DNA from: an uncultured virus (IMG/VR IMGVR_UViG_3300037112_000155)
Lineage: Duplodnaviria; Heunggongvirae; Uroviricota; Caudoviricetes
IMG/VR virus record: IMGVR_UViG_3300037112_000155
Coordinates: 62,001 to 123,616 of that record
DNA length: 61,616 bases
Reading direction: 5' to 3' (one strand)
Part shown: in pieces, positions 56,792-61,616 of the stretch
How the letters are laid out: every line of letters begins with the position of its first letter
How positions within the stretch are numbered: the stretch's first letter is position 1
The notes under the pieces: generated by a model
Databases searched by the model: none
Told to the model about the DNA's origin: nothing
What the model saw: the letters and a program-made list of their open reading frames with translations, nothing else
Program-made: the position numbers and the translations under genes

Positions 56792-57331
56792 ATGAAGACT
56801 TGCAAGAGAAACAGCGCGGCGTACAGCTTATGCCTGCACGTATGGCAGAAGAGCCAGCAGGCCACAGACTTCGCCTACATCCGGATCAATCAGTCGATGA
56901 ATACGGCGGTTCGGCTAGCAGTCACCAGCGGCATGCGATTCGGCCTGACTGACTTCAACCGATTCTTTGATGACTTCCGGGCCGGATATTGGATTGGCTG
57001 TAGCCACGAGATGTTCTACAAGGCAGCAGTCGAGGTAGGGAACATGACCGCTTGCCATGCTTATGAGCATTGGCAAGAGCGGAAGCCTTTCATCATCGAC
57101 AACAAGCGTGTCTTCGTTTGTTATCGCTTCGACTGGAATGGTCAGAAAGTCGTTTGCACCAGCATTACGCCAGAGCACATCATTGCTTGTGCGTACAAAC
57201 TGGTTCTGGACAAGAATAAGCACTGGACCCAGAAGTTGGTGAAGCGGTATCGCATCACCCGGGCCGATGTGAGTTCGGTCAAGAAGGCAGCGCGGCAAGG
57301 AGCCGCGGTGCCCCAGGAGCTTGCCGCATGA
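56792..57331 (+). CDS. Hypothetical protein
   Basis: AGGAG RBS. Confidence 0.7.
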   Translation: MKTCKRNSAAYSLCLHVWQKSQQATDFAYIRINQSMNTAVRLAVTSGMRFGLTDFNRFFDDFRAGYWIGCSHEMFYKAAVEVGNMTACHAYEHWQERKPFIIDNKRVFVCYRFDWNGQKVVCTSITPEHIIACAYKLVLDKNKHWTQKLVKRYRITRADVSSVKKAARQGAAVPQELAA

Positions 57332-57500
57332 AGGCCCTATTCGTTGCAACCATCGAAGTCAACGGTGAGCCGCCGAAGCTGATGAGCGAAGATGTGTGGC
57401 TGAAGTGTCTGGCGGGAACGATCGAGAGCCAGATCAAGGAAATGCTCATTGCCGATGTGATCGTTACGTTCCACACGGGAACGGTCAAGCATTGAAGTTT

Positions 57501-57575
57501 GTCGCCATCCTCCAATGGTTAGGAGGCTGCCCTTTCACGGCGGTAATCCGGGTTCAAGTCCCGGTGGCGACACCA
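57501..57575 (+). tRNA. tRNA-Glu(TTC)
   Basis: Cloverleaf; loop CT-TTC-AC; CCA. Confidence 0.95.
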
Positions 57576-57579
57576 AGTT

Positions 57580-57720
57580 TGCAGCGGACGCGCATAGCCC
57601 GAATCCCGGTCTGGTCAAGACTATGCGTGTAATGCCGTGGCTACCTTGCCAACAATGGCTTTGTGATCCCTACACGGTGGGAGCAAACCGGCGTACAGGG
57701 TGGAAGACCTTACCGCTGCA
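57580..57720 (+). ncRNA. Candidate structured RNA after tRNA-Glu
   Basis: Closing stem TGCAGCGG/CCGCTGCA; inner ACGCGCATAG/CTATGCGTGT. Confidence 0.45.
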
Positions 57721-57744
57721 ATTCGATTTGAAAGAAGGAGCATC

Positions 57745-58020
57745 ATGGGACGACAGGTAACCTTTACGGATCTTGAGTGGGAGTACGCACAGCAGAAGTT
57801 CCACGAATCGCTGCAGAACTTCCCCAACACCTTCGAGCAGGGCGAGCAGGACGATCTGGGCGCCAACATCCTGGCGCGTATGGCGGCCGCGACAGCAGTC
57901 GCCGAACCCGACCCAGTCGCTATTGCGGTGCCTGGCGGTATCCAGAGCGAAGGCGATCGCGCCGGCGGTGGGTACCAGGAGAACAACTTCGGAGCAGGGT
58001 TGCCAATCATCCCTCTCTAA
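57745..58020 (+). CDS. Hypothetical protein
   Basis: AAGGAG RBS. Confidence 0.65.
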   Translation: MGRQVTFTDLEWEYAQQKFHESLQNFPNTFEQGEQDDLGANILARMAAATAVAEPDPVAIAVPGGIQSEGDRAGGGYQENNFGAGLPIIPL

Positions 58021-58027
58021 CAAATGT

Positions 58028-58100
58028 GTTGCCCGTAGCTCAGCTGGTAGAGCGCCGACCTGTGGCGTCGGTGGTCGAGAGTTCGATCCTCTCCAGGGAT
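58028..58100 (+). pseudogene. tRNA-His(GTG) with disrupted 3' acceptor strand
   Basis: G-1, D arm, CCGAC-CTGTGGC-GTCGG and T arm intact; 3' strand CAGGGAT instead of CGGGCAA; no CCA. Confidence 0.8.
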
Positions 58101-58230
58101 TCGGAGAGCATTACAAGACGTTTCCAATCAAGCTCAAAGGACTGGAATTGAACCCCCGAATCTGAACCCAAAGGAGTTCGCAAGCCCGACTCGAACCGAG
58201 GTACGGGGCCTTGTATCGAGGGCATACAAT

Positions 58231-58264
58231 CTGGGTTGACATTTATATCAACCCAGTGTATCTT
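58231..58264 (+). promoter_or_regulatory. Sigma70-type promoter overlapped by a palindromic operator
   Basis: TTGACA(58236)-17 bp-TATCTT(58259); IR CTGGGTTGA-N8-TCAACCCAG; ATG 6 nt after the -10 box (leaderless). Confidence 0.8.
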
Positions 58265-58270
58265 TAGCCC

Positions 58271-58579
58271 ATGAAGTTCGGGAAGATTCTGCGCCAATTG
58301 CGGTTGGAGAGTGGGCTAGGCATTAAGTCTCTGGCCCCAGAATTGAGGGTGAACTATACCTACCTGAGCAAATTGGAAAACGAGACTATCAGCCCCTCAG
58401 AGGATCTTGTTGATCGAGTTTCGGAGTATTTTGGGTTTGACCGGGATGCACTCCTGTTATCGGCAGGAAAGGTGCCGGAGGATATACTCCGAATTCTTCG
58501 AGATCATCCGGACGATGCCGTTGCATTTCTGAGAAGGCAATTTGGAGAGACGGATGGCAAATCCGAGCTCAAACCCTGA
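58271..58579 (+). CDS. Xre-family HTH transcriptional regulator
   Basis: FG..LRQLR...G.....LA......TYLSKLEN. Confidence 0.9.
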   Translation: MKFGKILRQLRLESGLGIKSLAPELRVNYTYLSKLENETISPSEDLVDRVSEYFGFDRDALLLSAGKVPEDILRILRDHPDDAVAFLRRQFGETDGKSELKP

Positions 58580-59684
58580 GCCGTTTCTTAGTTTGATCGA
58601 AAGCAAGACCGAACTCTGCGGTCGATTCACCAACATGAAACGGTTGGGGGTCACCGGCGGTGGCGGTACCTTTTCCTTGCTTTTCGAAGCACACGACCAA
58701 GTAACTGGACAGAAGGTGGCACTCAAGTTCTTCGATCCTTCCGTTATTGATCCCTATCGGCTCGAATCATTCACGAGGGAAGTCGAGGTTTTGGGTGGTT
58801 TAGAAGATCAGCCAGACATCTTACGGCGATATTCGGATATGCAGCAGATAGTTGAACCATTCCAACATCCTTTGGGGATGATTCTTCCGGTTACGCTCAG
58901 GTTCTATGCAATGGAATTGGCTTCTTGCGATCTCGGAACAGTCTTAGACACATATGACATTGACCCTGCGGATAAACTTCTTCACTTTCGGACGATTTGC
59001 AGAGCGGTCCAGAGGATACATCGGCAAGGAATCGTCCATCGCGACATTAAGCCGTCAAACTTTCTCGTCATGACGGACGGCACTCTACGGTTGTCCGACT
59101 TCGGTACAGCCCGTTCATTGACAGACTCGAGGGGGCCATTAAAGCGGTACACGGGACCTCCAGGCGACTGGACGTACGCACCCTTAGAGATGGTGGCGTC
59201 GCTCCACGACATTTTGCCAGACATTGCATATGCCGGAGACATGTTCGCCTTGGGAGCTGTACTGTTCGAGATGTTCACAGGTACTCCGTTGAACCTTCAT
59301 CTGTTTAGCAGAAACATGTTGATGGATCTCAATATGGTTATAGGATCGATTCTTCCTGGCGACAAAGTGAACGAATTCCATAAGGGGGTTGGGTCAATAT
59401 CCAATCGATTTCCTCTCCCTGATGTGCGGGACTTCGGTGCCGCTGTGCCGCGCTCAATCGCTCCAATTCTTAATCGTATGTATAGGGCGCTTGCTGCACT
59501 GGATTACCGCCAACGTGCCAAAGACTGCACGTCCACGTTCCTGCAGATTAATCAGTGCCTGGTGGTCCTCAAGAATCAAGCCGCATATGCTCGCTGGATC
59601 GAACGCAAGAAAGCATATCGGAAAGTTCCGGAGTTGAAGCAGTCGCGACTGCAAAATACTCTGACGACTGGAGCAAATTCATGA
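58554..59684 (+). CDS. Hanks-type Ser/Thr protein kinase, cytoplasmic
   Basis: GGGTFS; VALK; HRDIKPSN; DFG; YAPLE; DMFALG. Confidence 0.93.
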   Translation: MANPSSNPEPFLSLIESKTELCGRFTNMKRLGVTGGGGTFSLLFEAHDQVTGQKVALKFFDPSVIDPYRLESFTREVEVLGGLEDQPDILRRYSDMQQIVEPFQHPLGMILPVTLRFYAMELASCDLGTVLDTYDIDPADKLLHFRTICRAVQRIHRQGIVHRDIKPSNFLVMTDGTLRLSDFGTARSLTDSRGPLKRYTGPPGDWTYAPLEMVASLHDILPDIAYAGDMFALGAVLFEMFTGTPLNLHLFSRNMLMDLNMVIGSILPGDKVNEFHKGVGSISNRFPLPDVRDFGAAVPRSIAPILNRMYRALAALDYRQRAKDCTSTFLQINQCLVVLKNQAAYARWIERKKAYRKVPELKQSRLQNTLTTGANS

Positions 59685-61468
59685 ATACAGCTTCCAAAGA
59701 CGAACTTCGAGAATTTGAGAAGAGCACGATCCCCGAGCGATTTGACCTAAGCGCTCCTTCGACAAATGTGTTGCTGCCCGGGACAGCCGCCTCGGTTAGC
59801 CGGAGAGGCGATCAGTCTGTCGAAATCGATTGGCCGAAAGAGGGTGTGGGCGCTACTACGCCTTCGGCAGAGAATATTCTCGCGGGTATTGAGCGATCGG
59901 TGCGTCGGCACAGCGATCGCTTCCCACGTAGTGGTCGCGCACATGCAAATCTTGGGATTGCTCTCTTGAAGCAGGGTCAACCCGATGAGGCCTTGAAGGA
60001 ATTAGAAACCGCCTTGGAACTTGACCCAGGAAACTACCTGGCCAGCATAACTCTCGCTCGGTTACATTTCGAAGCGGGACGTACGGTTGAGGCGGAACGC
60101 TGGTATGAGAAATTGCTTGCTACCTACCCTGATAACCCAGCTGTCGAAGTCGGATTATCAAACGTCCTAATTCAGGCAGGACGCTTCGAAGATGCAAACA
60201 CACATCTCTCAAAGGCGGCAACTCTTAGTCCACGCGATCCGTATGTGCGCTTCCTCTTAGGCATCATGTGTCTCCAGAGGTCGGACCTTCGCCGTGCATT
60301 GAATGAGTTTCGTGCCGCCTCACATTTGGACTTTCGCAGCCCGCAGCTCTACCACTCAATGGGAGTCGCGTACGCTCTTCAGGGTGATCATTCTCGTGCT
60401 GAAAAGGCATTCAAGACGGCCCTCGCTTTGGCGCCTGACTCAGCGACAACCGTGATCAGCCTCGCCGGAACTTTGCTCACGTTTGATAAATCTGATCAAG
60501 CGATTGAAATGTTGCAAGATTTCGTAGAACGGCATCCAGCGGATATACAAGCGCGTGATCAGTTGGCTGCTGCCTACATGCAATCGAAGCGGCATTCGAT
60601 GGCAAGATCGCAAATCGTAAGAATTCTCGAATTGGGAGGGGATACGCTTTCCAGCGATGAGGTTGGGCGCGCCCATTCAAACATCGCGGTAACTTTCGTA
60701 CATGAGAAGTCTTTTGATAGAGCCGTTGTCGAACTGAAGCTTGCAATTGAGAAAGCGCCGAGAAACTCTCATATCCCGTATGACAATTTGGCTCGCGTGT
60801 ATGGGCTAACGAGCAGAAAGCCTCTCGCTATAAAGGTATTGGAGCACGCGGTCGAACTGTTCCCTTCTAGTCGAGAAACGCGCTCACTCTTAAGCATCTT
60901 TTATGCTGAACAAGATAATTACCCAGAAGCAATCTTGCAGATTGAAGCACTACGAACGTTCGGCCCGCTTTCTGCTGACAACTATGCATCGCTCGGAAGC
61001 TATTACGGTGAAGCTGGTTTTGGAGAGAAGGCGATCCAACTGTTGATGGAGGGATATGCTCAATATCCCAAGTCTTTCTCCATCATCAACAACTTATCCT
61101 ATTTCTTGCTAATGGAAGGTCAGACTGCTCAGGCCAAACATGTTCTAGACTCCAGGCCAAGGAACGTTGATGACCATGTTGAGTTGATTGCGACTATAGG
61201 TCTTCTGCACCTGAGGGAAGGAGATTATGAGGCAGGCCGCCGGTTGTACAAACGTGCTGAGAATATGGCGGCCAAGACTTCAAGACGAGATCTAGCTCGA
61301 CAAGTAAGGCAGAAAATGCATCTAGAATTGGCCCGATACCACTTCGAGCAAGGCGACTACGCTGCGACTCAGCGTGAAATACGCGCAGGATTGCAAGAGA
61401 AGAAAGGTCGGCGGGTCTTCATCAGACAGTTAGAGATACTAGCCAAGTCACTTGAGGCCCGAGCTTGA
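59681..61468 (+). CDS. Tetratricopeptide-repeat protein
   Basis: Many TPR-like repeats (AHANLGIAL, ALELDP, ALALAP); ATGA overlap with the kinase. Confidence 0.9.
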   Translation: MNTASKDELREFEKSTIPERFDLSAPSTNVLLPGTAASVSRRGDQSVEIDWPKEGVGATTPSAENILAGIERSVRRHSDRFPRSGRAHANLGIALLKQGQPDEALKELETALELDPGNYLASITLARLHFEAGRTVEAERWYEKLLATYPDNPAVEVGLSNVLIQAGRFEDANTHLSKAATLSPRDPYVRFLLGIMCLQRSDLRRALNEFRAASHLDFRSPQLYHSMGVAYALQGDHSRAEKAFKTALALAPDSATTVISLAGTLLTFDKSDQAIEMLQDFVERHPADIQARDQLAAAYMQSKRHSMARSQIVRILELGGDTLSSDEVGRAHSNIAVTFVHEKSFDRAVVELKLAIEKAPRNSHIPYDNLARVYGLTSRKPLAIKVLEHAVELFPSSRETRSLLSIFYAEQDNYPEAILQIEALRTFGPLSADNYASLGSYYGEAGFGEKAIQLLMEGYAQYPKSFSIINNLSYFLLMEGQTAQAKHVLDSRPRNVDDHVELIATIGLLHLREGDYEAGRRLYKRAENMAAKTSRRDLARQVRQKMHLELARYHFEQGDYAATQREIRAGLQEKKGRRVFIRQLEILAKSLEARA

Positions 61469-61616
61469 TTGCCAGCGCAGTAAGCACTATATACGTTGAT
61501 CACAATGAGGGCATCCATCCGCTAATAGCGGATGGGATTGCGCGCGCATTCGTCGCAACGTGATGATGGAATACGGCCTGATCTCGGCATCCCACAAGGA
61601 AGGAAGTAACTAATGG

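Noticed and set aside
1..61616. CRISPR array
   Set aside because: No regularly spaced direct repeats; the repeated motifs are dispersed kilobases apart
1..61616. Stop-codon reassignment
   Set aside because: Recognisable genes are full length in code 11 and end in TAA, TAG and TGA; no suppressor anticodon seen

Overview
The window looks like part of a large GC-rich tailed dsDNA phage (or prophage) genome. A leftward block (about 1-11.7 kb) encodes a metallophosphoesterase, a TerS-like protein, dCMP deaminase, a dual-specificity phosphatase, a C39-like peptidase, an MmcB-like nuclease, a HicA-like protein and GroES. A long rightward block (about 11.9-58.1 kb) starts with a ~1030-aa single-subunit two-barrel RNA polymerase of the eukaryotic-RdRP/YonO type, which has a variant DxDD catalytic loop. 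The rest of that block holds many small hypothetical genes, a lysozyme, a LigD-PE/ATP-dependent DNA ligase fusion, an orphan capsid-like protein, ThyX, an RNA-repair set (PNKP, Rnl1, CCA enzyme, a pol-beta nucleotidyltransferase, a SpoU methylase) and a dispersed tRNA array. Several array members are aberrant: a tRNA with a 50-nt anticodon-loop insertion, a 49-nt Ala-identity minihelix ending in CCA, a tRNA-Trp with a long variable arm, a Pro-body tRNA with a UUG-register loop, and a 3'-broken tRNA-His. Two strand-oriented repeated motifs (CTTTGGTA x9; TAAGnGTTTCACCnnA x11) look like phage-specific transcription signals, and many intergenic regions fold into multi-stem RNAs. The broken tRNA-His marks a junction to a lower-GC, apparently autoregulated Xre-HTH / Ser-Thr kinase / TPR operon, a candidate defence system. 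All calls come from reading motifs by eye; no database search or folding program was run.
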